Notes: generated from the sequence alone by a model not told the origin. Numbered from the stretch's first letter, positions 39,305 to 49,608 are shown. The stretch: 64,000 nt of DNA from Microcoleus sp. (GCA_052279835.1 CP181291.1:4608001-4672000); one strand, 5' to 3'. Numbers and translations are program-made.

Positions 39305-41608
39305 TTAAACCAACTCTACATCACAGTAACTGGAAATGGGGCCATCACGTAATCCACCATCAAGACCAAAATTTGTGAAATTTGCAATAGAATTTAAGTC
39401 ACGATTGCCACTTCTAGCTGAAACTCTCACGGATTGACCTGATGTAACACAGTCCCCAAAAGCGTTTGGCTTGTTTCGTATCCCAAAACTTATCGTGCCA
39501 CTGGAAGAGGAAACGGGAATGATTTTGGTTTGTGTTCCACTTGCTGTATCAAGTTCTACGAGAAAATTGTCTATGTCGTTTATTGGATCGCAGTATCTTA
39601 GTGTGTATTGTGCCGTTTGTCCATAGGGGATGCGATCGGGTATCAAATCTACTTTAATGTTTAAAGCTCCTCCTAAACAAGTTGGTGCTGGTTCAGGAGC
39701 AGTTGCAGGTTTATCGCAAAAGTCAAATGGAATACCCGTCTTATCAGCAAGAAACTTTCGGATCTGAGGCAGAAAGTTTGTTTTAGAGGCTGTCGGTTCC
39801 TTTTTCTGAAATGAATCAATGAGTCCAGCACCAGATATAACTAGCTTTGAAATAGCTTCTGTGCCTCCTGGTAAGTCTCCTGCGAGTTCTCCTGATTTTG
39901 CAATTCCTTTAATTGCATCTTTGCCAATATCTTTTATCAGAGCAGAAGCTAATTCACCATCACTACCAGTAAGCGCTATACAACTGTACTTAACTACTTT
40001 TAAAGCCTCTGATACCTCCTTTAGTTCTAGGCCAATAACGTCAAGTGATAGGCTAGTTCCCCCACTAGGGATAGCAAACAATAAACCAGTAACTAATGCA
40101 GCGTTAGCAGCAAAATCAACTACCTTACGCACTTTTTCAGTTCCTTCACAAAATTCTTTAACCGACTCACAATCTTTCGCAAAATCTCGACCGCTAACGG
40201 TCGGAGTCGTTGGTTTTGGTGGCTCAGGAGGAGGAGTTACTGGAGTTGGCTCCTTTGGCAGAGGAAAAGTTACAGTGTCAATAATCTGACCATCTTTGAG
40301 CCGCGATATAACACCTTGATCCGGCTTTCCAGCTTCTTTACTCGGTTGATTCTCAACTCGCACAGTTTCATTAGAGCCTTCAATAGTAATATCCGCGCTT
40401 GTACCATCTCGATTCAAGCGCGTTGTACTACCACGAACACCCGTTGTACGATTGGGTACAAATATAACTGATTCTACGAAACGTCCGTCAGCATCATCTT
40501 GAAAAACTACTGTATATTTGCTACCATCACTCGCCGGAAATTCCATCTGGAACCTGGTGTCAGATAGCTTTTTAACTTCCGGTAAATCAATTGTGACTTT
40601 ATCTTCAGGACGATCGGGTTCCACATCATAAGGCCTGAAACGACCTTTTAAATCATCTGGTGTCACTCCCAAAACAGTACCTAACAAAGCCCCTGTTCCA
40701 GCCACCTTAATATCCACAGCCGAACCACCAGAAGGCTGCACTTTCGACTCCAAAACAATATCGGATTCCCTAAGATTTGTACTAAGTCCGATGAAATCGA
40801 TCGTTCTTTGAAAGTCGGTGATTAAGTCAAACGTAGGAGAGCCTAAAGCCGCCTCAGAGCGCAGAAAAAATAGATCTTGACCCGCACCACCAGTCAGGGT
40901 GTCATTGCCCAAATCGCCAATCAGGAAGTCATCGCCATCTTGCCCATTGATAATATCGTTACCGCGACCACCCCGCAAAAAGTCGTCTCCGCCGGCACCA
41001 AAAATTACGTCATTACCTGCGTTTCCGTTAACACCATCGGCACTTTCACCACCCTGCAAGGTGTCTGCACCCGGACCGCCAAGCAGACCGTTTTGGCCCG
41101 CACCGCCACTGAGAAAGTCGTTGCCCGCGCCGCCGTACAGCAAATCATCACCACCTCGGCCCTCAATTCGGTCATTTCCTTCGTCGCCATAGACGATATC
41201 CCCAGATTCGGAGCCTGTAATGGAATCGGCACCGCCTAAGCCTCGCAAACCGCCGATGAGAGTATCGAGCAAGCCAAGGGGAATCGTAAATGTGTCGCTT
41301 TGCTCGGTTAAAATGTAAGCACTACCATCGCTCGAAAGTGAGCCACCGCCGACTTGAGAAGCCGATCGCCCAATATCCCCATCAGCACTACTGGAAATCA
41401 AGTCCTTTCCCGTGTTACCATTCAAAAAGTCTGGCGCGATCGAACTTTCTAGCGTATCGTTGCTTCCCAAGCTCAAGATATTCTGAGGATTTGATACTGT
41501 TTCGACCGTCGGGGCTTTTTTGAAGGGACAGCCGCAATCCGCTTGATCCTGGGCGCTGCTACCGTTCAGTATGTCATTCTTGTCCAGCAAAGCTAAATTG
41601 TCAGGCAT
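39305..41608 (-). CDS. RTX (hemolysin-type Ca-binding) repeat protein with unassigned C-terminal half
   Basis: Many GGxGxDxL nonapeptides; DLITDF. Confidence 0.85.
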   Translation of the reverse strand: MPDNLALLDKNDILNGSSAQDQADCGCPFKKAPTVETVSNPQNILSLGSNDTLESSIAPDFLNGNTGKDLISSSADGDIGRSASQVGGGSLSSDGSAYILTEQSDTFTIPLGLLDTLIGGLRGLGGADSITGSESGDIVYGDEGNDRIEGRGGDDLLYGGAGNDFLSGGAGQNGLLGGPGADTLQGGESADGVNGNAGNDVIFGAGGDDFLRGGRGNDIINGQDGDDFLIGDLGNDTLTGGAGQDLFFLRSEAALGSPTFDLITDFQRTIDFIGLSTNLRESDIVLESKVQPSGGSAVDIKVAGTGALLGTVLGVTPDDLKGRFRPYDVEPDRPEDKVTIDLPEVKKLSDTRFQMEFPASDGSKYTVVFQDDADGRFVESVIFVPNRTTGVRGSTTRLNRDGTSADITIEGSNETVRVENQPSKEAGKPDQGVISRLKDGQIIDTVTFPLPKEPTPVTPPPEPPKPTTPTVSGRDFAKDCESVKEFCEGTEKVRKVVDFAANAALVTGLLFAIPSGGTSLSLDVIGLELKEVSEALKVVKYSCIALTGSDGELASALIKDIGKDAIKGIAKSGELAGDLPGGTEAISKLVISGAGLIDSFQKKEPTASKTNFLPQIRKFLADKTGIPFDFCDKPATAPEPAPTCLGGALNIKVDLIPDRIPYGQTAQYTLRYCDPINDIDNFLVELDTASGTQTKIIPVSSSSGTISFGIRNKPNAFGDCVTSGQSVRVSARSGNRDLNSIANFTNFGLDGGLRDGPISSYCDVELV

Positions 41609-41738
41609 ACACTGTTGGTTTGTGTTGGTGATTTAAGAAATCTACCTCACCTGTCTCATCTATGTCTTGACCAAAAAAGCACGAAAAAGACTGAAAAAGC
41701 CCGAAGTTTCCTTAACTTTATATTTCTTAACTTAACCC

Positions 41739-42302
41739 ATGCAGCCCAACGACGATCGCCCGTTGCAAGCCGTCCCTGACGATAACGAACTGCTGAAATT
41801 GGTAGATCGTCTAATCTTCGAGAAAACTGGGAAGCATCTTAACACGCTACAACGACTACTTTTTCAGGGAATGTATGATGGCAAAACCTACGAAACGATC
41901 GCCCGCGACACCCGCTACACTACAAAATACGTCCGAGAAGTCGGCTACAAGCTACTAAAAAATCTCTCCGCAGTGATGGATGAAGAGATGCAAAAAGGCA
42001 ATCTCAAAGCTGCGATCGATCGCCGAAATATCAGCAATACTTCAAACTTCGGTAGAGATTATATTCAATACGTCGAATACGTCCACACCCTCAACCTCAA
42101 CCCCTGTCTTTCTGGGCCTAGCAACTCCGACAAAGATCGCCCCACTGAATCCAGATCCAAAACTCAGATAGAACGGCTGGAAATTGATGTTGCTAATGTT
42201 GTTTGCAAATTGTACAGTCAAGGTATCGAACCATGCCAAATCGCTCAGTTGCTTGGTTTGCCGGATGCGATGATCGACAAAATATTGCGTGAATTATCGT
42301 AG
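41739..42302 (+). CDS. Stand-alone HTH protein resembling the N-terminus of cyanobacterial NB-ARC/AAA proteins
   Basis: KHLNTLQR..G...GKTYETIA...YVREVG..L...LS. Confidence 0.65.
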   Translation: MQPNDDRPLQAVPDDNELLKLVDRLIFEKTGKHLNTLQRLLFQGMYDGKTYETIARDTRYTTKYVREVGYKLLKNLSAVMDEEMQKGNLKAAIDRRNISNTSNFGRDYIQYVEYVHTLNLNPCLSGPSNSDKDRPTESRSKTQIERLEIDVANVVCKLYSQGIEPCQIAQLLGLPDAMIDKILRELS

Positions 42303-42306
42303 CTCT

Positions 42307-42762
42307 GGAATATTACCTAACTCAGATACAAAGACTGCCAGCAAGTAAAATATGGCATAGTAGAGATATTCATTTCATAGCATCCCACCTATGACTGCCC
42401 AAATTACCCTAAACTTGTCCGATGAAGTCTATCGCCAAGCAGAATTACTAGCGCAGCAATGCCACCGCAGCGTTAGTGAAATTTTAGTAGAAACTCTAGA
42501 AAATTTTCTCTTACCAACCGCTAAACCAGTATCAGCATTGTCTGATTCGGAAGTAATCGCTTTAACTCAACTTCGCCTGCAACCAGTCCAAGAACAACGA
42601 TTGAGTGAATTACTAGAACACCAACAATGCGGTACAATTACTGATTTTGAACGTGAAGAATTGCAGGGATTAATTCATATTTATGAAGATAGACTGCTGC
42701 GACAAGCTCAAGCCTTGAATGAATCTGTGCGACGCGGCTTGCTAGAACCATTACAAGGATAA
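42307..42762 (+). repeat. Direct repeat copy 2 (~456 bp)
   Basis: Near-identical to 37922-38381. Confidence 0.92.
42391..42762 (+). CDS. Antitoxin-like protein, copy 2
   Basis: 123 aa, 8 substitutions relative to copy 1. Confidence 0.7.
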   Translation: MTAQITLNLSDEVYRQAELLAQQCHRSVSEILVETLENFLLPTAKPVSALSDSEVIALTQLRLQPVQEQRLSELLEHQQCGTITDFEREELQGLIHIYEDRLLRQAQALNESVRRGLLEPLQG

Positions 42763-42764
42763 GC

Positions 42765-42849
42765 ATGGCTATTTCCGAACAAGTCAAAGCCATAATTCGC
42801 GCACAAGCTCAAAACCGATGCGGTTATTGCCGTAGTTTACAACAGAATA
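42765..42849 (+). pseudogene. HNH endonuclease 5' stub truncated by a MITE
   Basis: MAISEQVKAIIRAQAQNRCGYC; HNH-like sequence ends where the MITE begins. Confidence 0.7.
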
Positions 42850-42938
42850 ATATCAAATCCGCGCTTCATCGAAATTATTCATCTCTCTCTTATCTCCCTC
42901 TGCGTTTCTCTGCGTCCTCTGCGGTTACAAATTCCGAA
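42850..42938. mobile_element. ATATCAAATCCG-family MITE (partial)
   Basis: ATATCAAATCCG...CATCGAAATTATTCA shared with the 8332 copy. Confidence 0.7.
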
Positions 42939-44368
42939 TCTGCCAGCAGCTCTAGATTCAGACAATTTAAGACACTGGATTTTATCGGACGCTTTTCATC
43001 CCAAAATACAATCGACGAATAAAACTTAATTGCAGCCGATGAATTCAAAAGCTCAAAAGTTTGACGTGCCACTCTCTCATCATCAAAGCTGAGAAAGTAA
43101 ACAGTATCATCAAAAACCACTGGTTTATCAGCTATTTCAGCGATTAACCTGAACTCCAATTTTTTATAAAGTCCACCGATCGCAATTTTCCAAGGTTTGA
43201 AGGTATAATTGCCTACTCCGAAAATAGAAAATCGAGGACTATTTTGATAAATCTTGCTTTTCCGATTATCTAGATATTGCCCGCAATACTCCAGATAACG
43301 CCAGGTTTTAGGAGCTATTTTTTGGATATCTTCAGTTGATTCCCCAATGAATTTTTGCGTAATTAGCATATAGCGATCGGTATCATTAATTCGATTTTGA
43401 GCAACACCAGATCCTTTGATTAGTGGAAACAGATAAGTTTCCTCAATATCGGCAACTTCTCCCAAGGTATTTACAAAATAATTGTCAACTTTCCGAAACT
43501 CCATCACACTGGAACAGTCATGCTTTACACCCGATCGCCATTTTGTCCCTGAATCCACCGCATATAGATCGCTCAATTTACTAAAAGCATCGATATCCTT
43601 AACCAGCAGATTGTTGTGATATCCGATTCGGTGACAGTGTGAACTTTCTAAACTGCTAAATACATCACAGAAATAGTTGCGCGAATGAGCGTCAAATTTG
43701 CAAACTAACAAACAAGCATCAACATTTGCATCAAAATATTTTTTAGCATCTATTGTGTAAGTTGCACAGTCAGCGAGATTGATTTTTTGAGAGTGAAGGT
43801 AATTCAATAACTTTCTAGCAGTGGAAGTCTTGCAAAGCATCGCCAGATCGGCATCGCGCTTTTGCAGCCATTGCACTACCTGAATCAGCATCGATTCTGA
43901 GATATCAAAGTTACTTTTACCCGTGATAGCATCTAAGCCGATGTGATTTTGAAAGTTGTTTTTTTTAGGTAAATTTTCGCTGCGAATAGTTCCTTGTTGC
44001 GAGTTTGTCACCCAAGGAAAGTTGCCGAGTACCAGCAGTCTATCAGTGCACTGGCTGACTAATGATTCCCAATCAAACTGAAAGAAATCTCCATGAAAGA
44101 TCTCGCATCTCTCATCCTGCAATAATTGCTGATTTAGTCTGACTTCTGTTAAGTAATTTGGATTGATTTCAACCCCGATAATCTTGTCTGCGGATGGAAA
44201 CGAACGTGCAGCAGCTTGAATAAAATTACCGACACCGCAGGTGGGTTCAATTATGGTGTTTGGATTGACATTAAGTTCTGCTAATTTTCGACATACCATC
44301 TCGGCTAATGCCGGCGGTGTCTGAAAATCGCCGTATTCTAGTCTTGTTTTGCGATCGCTAGAACTCAT
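42890..44368 (-). CDS. Amino-type (N6-adenine/N4-cytosine) DNA methyltransferase, orphan
   Basis: YGDFQTP, EPTCGVGNF (motif I), GNFPW (motif IV variant). Confidence 0.85.
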   Translation of the reverse strand: MSSSDRKTRLEYGDFQTPPALAEMVCRKLAELNVNPNTIIEPTCGVGNFIQAAARSFPSADKIIGVEINPNYLTEVRLNQQLLQDERCEIFHGDFFQFDWESLVSQCTDRLLVLGNFPWVTNSQQGTIRSENLPKKNNFQNHIGLDAITGKSNFDISESMLIQVVQWLQKRDADLAMLCKTSTARKLLNYLHSQKINLADCATYTIDAKKYFDANVDACLLVCKFDAHSRNYFCDVFSSLESSHCHRIGYHNNLLVKDIDAFSKLSDLYAVDSGTKWRSGVKHDCSSVMEFRKVDNYFVNTLGEVADIEETYLFPLIKGSGVAQNRINDTDRYMLITQKFIGESTEDIQKIAPKTWRYLEYCGQYLDNRKSKIYQNSPRFSIFGVGNYTFKPWKIAIGGLYKKLEFRLIAEIADKPVVFDDTVYFLSFDDERVARQTFELLNSSAAIKFYSSIVFWDEKRPIKSSVLNCLNLELLADSEFVTAEDAEKRRGR

Positions 44369-44436
44369 CGGTTAGATTTATAAACTGCGATCGCGCCTTT
44401 ATTGCCTTTGCTATCTCTCCAATCAGCACCAGAATC

Positions 44437-44889
44437 TCAACTGAGATTGATGTTTCGCCATAAATCGGCGATCGCAAACCTAGAAAGATGACCAACATTT
44501 GTTGTCGCGATTACAACATCCACAACATCAAGAGTCGTCGCCTGTGCTGCCAAAATCATATCGCTGTCAATCGTCTTATCACCTGCTGTCGGTTGTCCTT
44601 GCTGACGAGCTTGTGCCCAAAACATCGCAGCTTGTCGCATAGCAGCAGTTGTAATGGGTAAATACTCGATCGAGTTGGCTAATTCATCTAATCGAGCAAT
44701 ACCCCTTACCTTGTTTGCCCGCAGCAACTCTCGGCGAACTTCATAATCGGCTATTTCGGGAATAATCACTCGAATATCGGATATAATAAGTGCTTGCAAC
44801 CAGCGAGTACAAAGAGTGCTTTCAGGAGATAGCTTTGGATTCGTAACTAAACCAATTGGTCCTGCATCCAGCAAAACGACTCTGCTCAC
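44437..44889 (-). CDS. PIN-domain (VapC-like) protein
   Basis: LLDAG, YEVRRE, DSDMILAA, ATTN; GTG start overlaps the upstream stop. Confidence 0.85.
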   Translation of the reverse strand: MSRVVLLDAGPIGLVTNPKLSPESTLCTRWLQALIISDIRVIIPEIADYEVRRELLRANKVRGIARLDELANSIEYLPITTAAMRQAAMFWAQARQQGQPTAGDKTIDSDMILAAQATTLDVVDVVIATTNVGHLSRFAIADLWRNINLS

Positions 44890-45170
44890 CAAGTTACACC
44901 TTTTAATTCAATAGGAAATAGCTTGCGTTCAGATAAACGATCTTCGTCAAGAGCATGAATCAGATACTCACCTGTTTCTTGCTGCTCTTCGGCATCTTCT
45001 TCATCCCTCCAAGACTGAAGCAGATTAACCAATTTTACCTGCTTTTATTTTCGCAGAATATATTCTATCAGCAGTTGCAGAGTGTATGCTTCTGTCGAAA
45101 GCCCTTGCTCTTGAGCTCTTTGTGTTAAGTATTGCTCTATTTCTGGTGTCAGGCTGAGGGTGAGTGTCAT
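44886..45170 (-). pseudogene. Antitoxin-like partner of the PIN gene with an in-frame stop
   Basis: MTLTLSLTPEIEQYL...YILRK*KQVKLVNLLQSW...RKLFPIELKGVTW; TAA at 45045-45047. Confidence 0.8.
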
Positions 45171-45428
45171 AGGTGTTTTTATAGCTATACTTTTATATTT
45201 TACAACCTACTAGGCTAAACTGACGATCGATCGCTCACTTGGGAGCATTGACGTAGAAACTTCGATCTGTTTCAATTATCTGACGCAAAAAGCCTTGCGC
45301 TTGTCGCCAGGAGAGCTTCAATATCATTAATGAGTTGGCGACTTGGGTTTGAGGTCATGCGGAGATATTAGAATTATTAGACTAAGAATATCACAAAACA
45401 TCGCCCTACAGCAATAGATAAAAAAATA

Positions 45429-45493
45429 GAGGGCGGGTTTTGCATAAAACTTGACTGCAAAAGTCAAATTTTATGCTCTAAACCCGCCCTCAC
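45429..45493. repeat. REP-like long hairpin downstream of ndhJ
   Basis: GAGGGCGGGTTT...AAACCCGCCCTC with inner GCATAAAA/TTTTATGC stem. Confidence 0.7.
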
Positions 45494-45502
45494 AAAACTC
45501 CC

Positions 45503-46006
45503 TTAATAAGCGTCTTGCAACTCGTAGAAATCCGGGGAAATGTAATCTTTCCGCAGCGGCCAGCCTACCCAATCTTCGTTCATCAAAATCCGTTTCAGAT
45601 TCGGATGTCCTTCGTAGACAATGCCGTACATATCGTAGGATTCCCGTTCTTGGAAGTCGGCTGCTTTCCAAATCCAGTAGACTGATGGCACTCTCGGATC
45701 GTCGCGGGGAATGAATACTTTGACGCGGACTTCTTCAGGCTTGACAACATTATCTGTCAGCTTTGCCAAGTGGTAAACGCTGACTAAATCTTGTCCAGGG
45801 CCTTGGTCGTAGGCGCACTGGCACTGCATATAATTGAACCCGTAGGCGTACAGTGCTGTTGACATGGGAATTAAGAAGTCGCGATCGACCTTTAATATCT
45901 CCACACCCAAATGATCGGCCGCTAAAGCTTCGTGCTCAAAGCCATTCTGAGTCAACCACTGGGAAACCTTCCCAGCTTCAACAATTGAGGTTTCTGTCTC
46001 AGCCAC
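45503..46006 (-). CDS. ndhJ: NDH-1 subunit J
   Basis: [22 protein letters not shown]. Confidence 0.96.
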   Translation of the reverse strand: MAETETSIVEAGKVSQWLTQNGFEHEALAADHLGVEILKVDRDFLIPMSTALYAYGFNYMQCQCAYDQGPGQDLVSVYHLAKLTDNVVKPEEVRVKVFIPRDDPRVPSVYWIWKAADFQERESYDMYGIVYEGHPNLKRILMNEDWVGWPLRKDYISPDFYELQDAY

Positions 46007-46724
46007 GGTTTACCTCCTGTGTTTGTGATGCAAGCAGGGCTGGTGGTACGGGCATTCCCATAGCTTCCGTCAATTCCTTTGGTGGTGCCATCCGGCCGGG
46101 AATTGACAAATATTTGCCATCCAAAATGTCGTCTACTACTTTCATTTTGTGGGGTCTGGTGTAGTAGCGGTGGGTTGGGAGCAAGTTGCCACGTTCTTGC
46201 ATCGAATCGTTGGCGATTTTTTTCCGCAGTTTGATGATTGCGTCAATAATCGCTTCTGGACGCGGGGGACATCCTGGTATGTACACGTCTACGGGAATCA
46301 GTTTGTCAACGCCTCTGACTGCTGTGGGGGAGTCTACGCTGAACATTCCGCCGGTGATCGTGCACGCGCCCATGGCGATCACGTATTTGGGTTCGGGCAT
46401 TTGTTCGTACAGCCGCACCAAGATGGGGGCGTACTTCATGGTGATCGTGCCGGCGGTGATTAGCAAGTCGGCTTGTCGTGGGCTCGATCGCGGTACTAGG
46501 CCAAATCGATCGAAGTCAAAGCGCGATCCGATCAAAGCTGCAAATTCGATAAAGCAGCAAGCCGTACCGTACAGCAGCGGCCACAGGCTGGAAAGTCTCG
46601 CCCAGTTGTAGAGGTCATCAACCGTAGTTAGGATGACATTCTCTGATAATTCGGAGGTGACTTCCGGCCGACTCGCGGGGTTGACAATTAGAGGTTTTTG
46701 TGATTTGTCAGAACTTAAGACCAT
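45999..46724 (-). CDS. ndhK: NDH-1 subunit K
   Basis: [27 protein letters not shown] overlaps the ndhC end. Confidence 0.96.
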   Translation of the reverse strand: MVLSSDKSQKPLIVNPASRPEVTSELSENVILTTVDDLYNWARLSSLWPLLYGTACCFIEFAALIGSRFDFDRFGLVPRSSPRQADLLITAGTITMKYAPILVRLYEQMPEPKYVIAMGACTITGGMFSVDSPTAVRGVDKLIPVDVYIPGCPPRPEAIIDAIIKLRKKIANDSMQERGNLLPTHRYYTRPHKMKVVDDILDGKYLSIPGRMAPPKELTEAMGMPVPPALLASQTQEVNRG

Positions 46725-47077
46725 TCCAAGGCTCCTTTGCGCCATGCATAGACAAGAGCAATAACGAGGATCGTGATAAAAAACAGGGCTTCGATAAAAG
46801 CCAACAGTCCTAGCTGGTTGAAAGCAACCGCCCAAGGATAGAGGAAGACGGTCTCTACATCAAAGATGACGAAGACCAGGGCGAACATATAATATCGGAT
46901 GTTGAACTGAATCCAGGCTCCGCCGATCGGCTCGACGCCAGATTCGTAGGTGGTCCGTCGGTCGTAGGGACGACTTTTGGGGCGCAGTACCTTCGCCGCC
47001 GTGAGGGCGAGGATAGGGACTAGGCTGGAAATTAACAGGAAGCCTAAGAAATACTCGTAGCCGCTAAGTGCAAACAC
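46715..47077 (-). CDS. ndhC: NDH-1 subunit C
   Basis: [27 protein letters not shown]. Confidence 0.96.
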   Translation of the reverse strand: MFALSGYEYFLGFLLISSLVPILALTAAKVLRPKSRPYDRRTTYESGVEPIGGAWIQFNIRYYMFALVFVIFDVETVFLYPWAVAFNQLGLLAFIEALFFITILVIALVYAWRKGALEWS

Positions 47078-47238
47078 GGTGAATAATTACTGCCTCTGTG
47101 AAAGGGTTCTGTAACTTGTCTTTACATTATATAGATTCTGGGTAGCTAAAATTACGAGTTAGTTGAGATTAATCGCCCGTGTTCTGCAATAATTTTTAAT
47201 GTATATTTTAAGATTAGCTAGCCTATTCTTTTCGATCT

Positions 47239-47574
47239 ATGAGCGATCAAGCCACTGAGACTAAAAACCTCGATCGGCACGAGTGCCGAGCCTGCGGCTA
47301 CGTCTACAATCCTAAAAAAGGCGATCCTAAAAATGCAATTGCCCCCGGCACTGCTTTTACAGATGTGACCCCGACTTGGGTGTGTCCGGTTTGCGGGGCG
47401 CGCAAGTCGATGTTTCAAAATCTCGGTCAGATGGAAGGAGCGTCTGGATTTAAGGAAAATCAGCGCTACGGCGTCGGCGTCAATGGCATGACCGAAGGTC
47501 AGAAAAGTTTACTGATTTTTGGCGGCTTGGTCGTTGGTTTCTTGTTTTTACTTAGTATGTATGGTTTGCAGTAA
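47239..47574 (+). CDS. rubA: Membrane-anchored rubredoxin
   Basis: CRACGY, WVCPVCG, C-terminal TM helix. Confidence 0.93.
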   Translation: MSDQATETKNLDRHECRACGYVYNPKKGDPKNAIAPGTAFTDVTPTWVCPVCGARKSMFQNLGQMEGASGFKENQRYGVGVNGMTEGQKSLLIFGGLVVGFLFLLSMYGLQ

Positions 47575-48574
47575 GACGATTGTGAGATTTTGGCAACGAA
47601 TTGTAATTTTATTGAGTGCGGCACTCATCTGTGCCAGTTGCAGCACCATTGGTTCTGTGAGTTACAACCCTTGGCAGGTAATTTCCTTGCCGACAGAAGC
47701 TAATTTGCAGGATATTGCCTTTGCCGACAATGCTCTGCACGGCTGGGTTGTCGGTTCTGAGGCGACTCTGTTTGAAACTGTTGACGGCGGTTCTAATTGG
47801 AAACCGATCGCCCTGGATATCGATGATACCAGGTCGCGTTTTTCCTCGGTGAGTTTTTCGGGTTCCGAAGGCTGGATAGTCGGTCAGCCTTCTGTTTTGC
47901 TCCACACAGATGATGAGGGCAAATCCTGGACTCGGATTGCTTTGAGTTCTCAGTTACCCGGTTCTCCCAGTACCATCGTCGCCCAAGGTCCAAACTCGGC
48001 AGAAATGACCACGGATGTGGGGGCGATTTACCGGACGAATGACGGTGGCAAAAATTGGAAAGCTGTGGTTAAAGATTCCTTTGGAGTCGTTCGCAATATC
48101 AACCGTTCTGAAGACGGGCAGTATGTTGCAGTCTCCTCCAAGGGCAATTTCTATTCGGTGTGGAAACCAGGACAGAATACTTGGGAACCTCACAACCGCA
48201 ATAGTTCTCGTCGCTTGCAAAATATGGGCTTTACCAAGGATGGGCGTTTGTGGATGCTCGCCCGTGGTGGTCAAATTCAGTTTAGTGACCCGTCAAATCC
48301 TGAAGGTTGGGGAAAACCGTTTTTTCCCGATCGCAAAGCGAGTTGGGGTTTACTAGATATGGCTTACCGGACTGATAATGAAGTTTGGGTAGCCGGCGGC
48401 GGCGGCAATTTGCTGTGCAGTTTGGATGGCGGGAAAACTTGGCAAAAAGACCGCGAAGTAGAAGATGTTCCTGCTAATTTTTACAGGATTGTCTTTATGG
48501 GCCCAGAACGCGGATTTGTAATCGGCGCGAACGGTACTCTACTTAAATATCAAGGTTCCGCGCAAGCTGCTTGA
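47561..48574 (+). CDS. ycf48: PSII assembly factor Ycf48 (start uncertain)
   Basis: BNR repeats, SSKGNFY, RRLQNMGF; lies between rubA and psbE. Confidence 0.93.
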   Translation: MVCSKTIVRFWQRIVILLSAALICASCSTIGSVSYNPWQVISLPTEANLQDIAFADNALHGWVVGSEATLFETVDGGSNWKPIALDIDDTRSRFSSVSFSGSEGWIVGQPSVLLHTDDEGKSWTRIALSSQLPGSPSTIVAQGPNSAEMTTDVGAIYRTNDGGKNWKAVVKDSFGVVRNINRSEDGQYVAVSSKGNFYSVWKPGQNTWEPHNRNSSRRLQNMGFTKDGRLWMLARGGQIQFSDPSNPEGWGKPFFPDRKASWGLLDMAYRTDNEVWVAGGGGNLLCSLDGGKTWQKDREVEDVPANFYRIVFMGPERGFVIGANGTLLKYQGSAQAA

Positions 48575-48627
48575 TAGTAGAATAGTGATAGAGATTGTCT
48601 GTCGATTTGTTGAAAGGAGAATTTGAG

Positions 48628-48876
48628 ATGGCCGGTACAACTGGAGAACGTCCCTTTGGTGACATTATTACAAGTATCCGTTATTGGGTAATTCACAGCA
48701 TCACCATTCCAGCTTTGTTTATTGCTGGATGGCTGTTTGTGCAGACTGGTTTGGCCTATGATGCTTTTGGCACTCCTCGCCCTAACCAGTATTTCACCCC
48801 GCAACGGGAAGAAGTGCCGATTATTTCGGATCGCTTTGAAGCTAAGAAACAAGTAGATCAGTTCATTGCCAAGTAA
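48628..48876 (+). CDS. psbE: Cytochrome b559 alpha
   Basis: [17 protein letters not shown]. Confidence 0.98.
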   Translation: MAGTTGERPFGDIITSIRYWVIHSITIPALFIAGWLFVQTGLAYDAFGTPRPNQYFTPQREEVPIISDRFEAKKQVDQFIAK

Positions 48877-48897
48877 TTTAACAAGGAGTTAGAAAAA

Positions 48898-49035
48898 ATG
48901 ACTGGCAGAACCCCAAACAATGAGCCGATTTCCTATCCGATTTTTACGGTGCGGTGGTTGGCAGTTCATACTTTAGGTGTCCCAACTCTTTTCTTTTTGG
49001 GCGCGATCGCAGCAATGCAATTTATTCAACGATAG
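48898..49035 (+). CDS. psbF: Cytochrome b559 beta
   Basis: Manual translation [17 protein letters not shown]...AMQFIQR. Confidence 0.98.
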   Translation: MTGRTPNNEPISYPIFTVRWLAVHTLGVPTLFFLGAIAAMQFIQR

Positions 49036-49048
49036 ATAGGAGTTTACA

Positions 49049-49171
49049 ATGCCTGAGCGCGTTCCTAATCCCAATGAGCAGCCTGTTGAATTAAACCGGA
49101 CTTCTCTTTATTTGGGTTTGTTGCTGATTTTTGTTTTAGGTATTTTGTTTTCCAGTTATTTCTTTAACTAA
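49049..49171 (+). CDS. psbL: PSII protein L
   Basis: [35 protein letters not shown]. Confidence 0.98.
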   Translation: MPERVPNPNEQPVELNRTSLYLGLLLIFVLGILFSSYFFN

Positions 49172-49307
49172 CTGGTCTTTGAATTTGATGTCGATTAAAG
49201 GCAGTTTGACAAAGCCTGTAAGAATTACCATTTGGTAGTTTCTTGATAATCCCTGCTCCCAAAAGCCGGGAAGCGTCAATTAGTTGTGAATTAGTGAGGT
49301 TATGGCT

Positions 49308-49427
49308 ATGTCTAGTGGTGGCAGAATTCCTTTGTGGCTAGTAGCTACTGTAGCTGGCCTCGGTGCTCTAAGCATTTTGGCTCTTTTCTTCTACGGTGCT
49401 TATGCCGGTTTAGGTTCTTCGATGTAA
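49308..49427 (+). CDS. psbJ: PSII protein J
   Basis: [13 protein letters not shown]...[13 protein letters not shown]. Confidence 0.97.
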   Translation: MSSGGRIPLWLVATVAGLGALSILALFFYGAYAGLGSSM

Positions 49428-49454
49428 GGAGAATCCGACGTACTTTATGCGTCT

Positions 49455-49484
49455 AACCCCCCTTGTTTAAGCAAGGGGGGTTTT
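49455..49484 (+). terminator. Intrinsic terminator of psbEFLJ
   Basis: AACCCCCCTTG-loop-CAAGGGGGGTT followed by T-rich tract. Confidence 0.75.
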
Positions 49485-49504
49485 ATTTATCAAAAAATTG
49501 GGTA

Positions 49505-49608
49505 ATATTAATTCCGGTTTTATCGGAATTATTAAACCACAGAGGACATAGAGGACACAGAGAAAGAGAAGAGAGAAATAATAATTCCGATGTCAACGGA
49601 TTTGATAT
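49505..49608. mobile_element. ATATCAAATCCG-family MITE
   Basis: ATATTAATTCCGGT...ACGGATTTGATAT ends; AG-rich core. Confidence 0.7.

Noticed and set aside
47121..47131. 11-bp match (TATAATGTAAA, minus strand) between the tnpB right flank, a potential guide, and the ndhC upstream region
   Set aside because: Short AT-rich match explained by shared -10 boxes; the TnpB is heavily deleted
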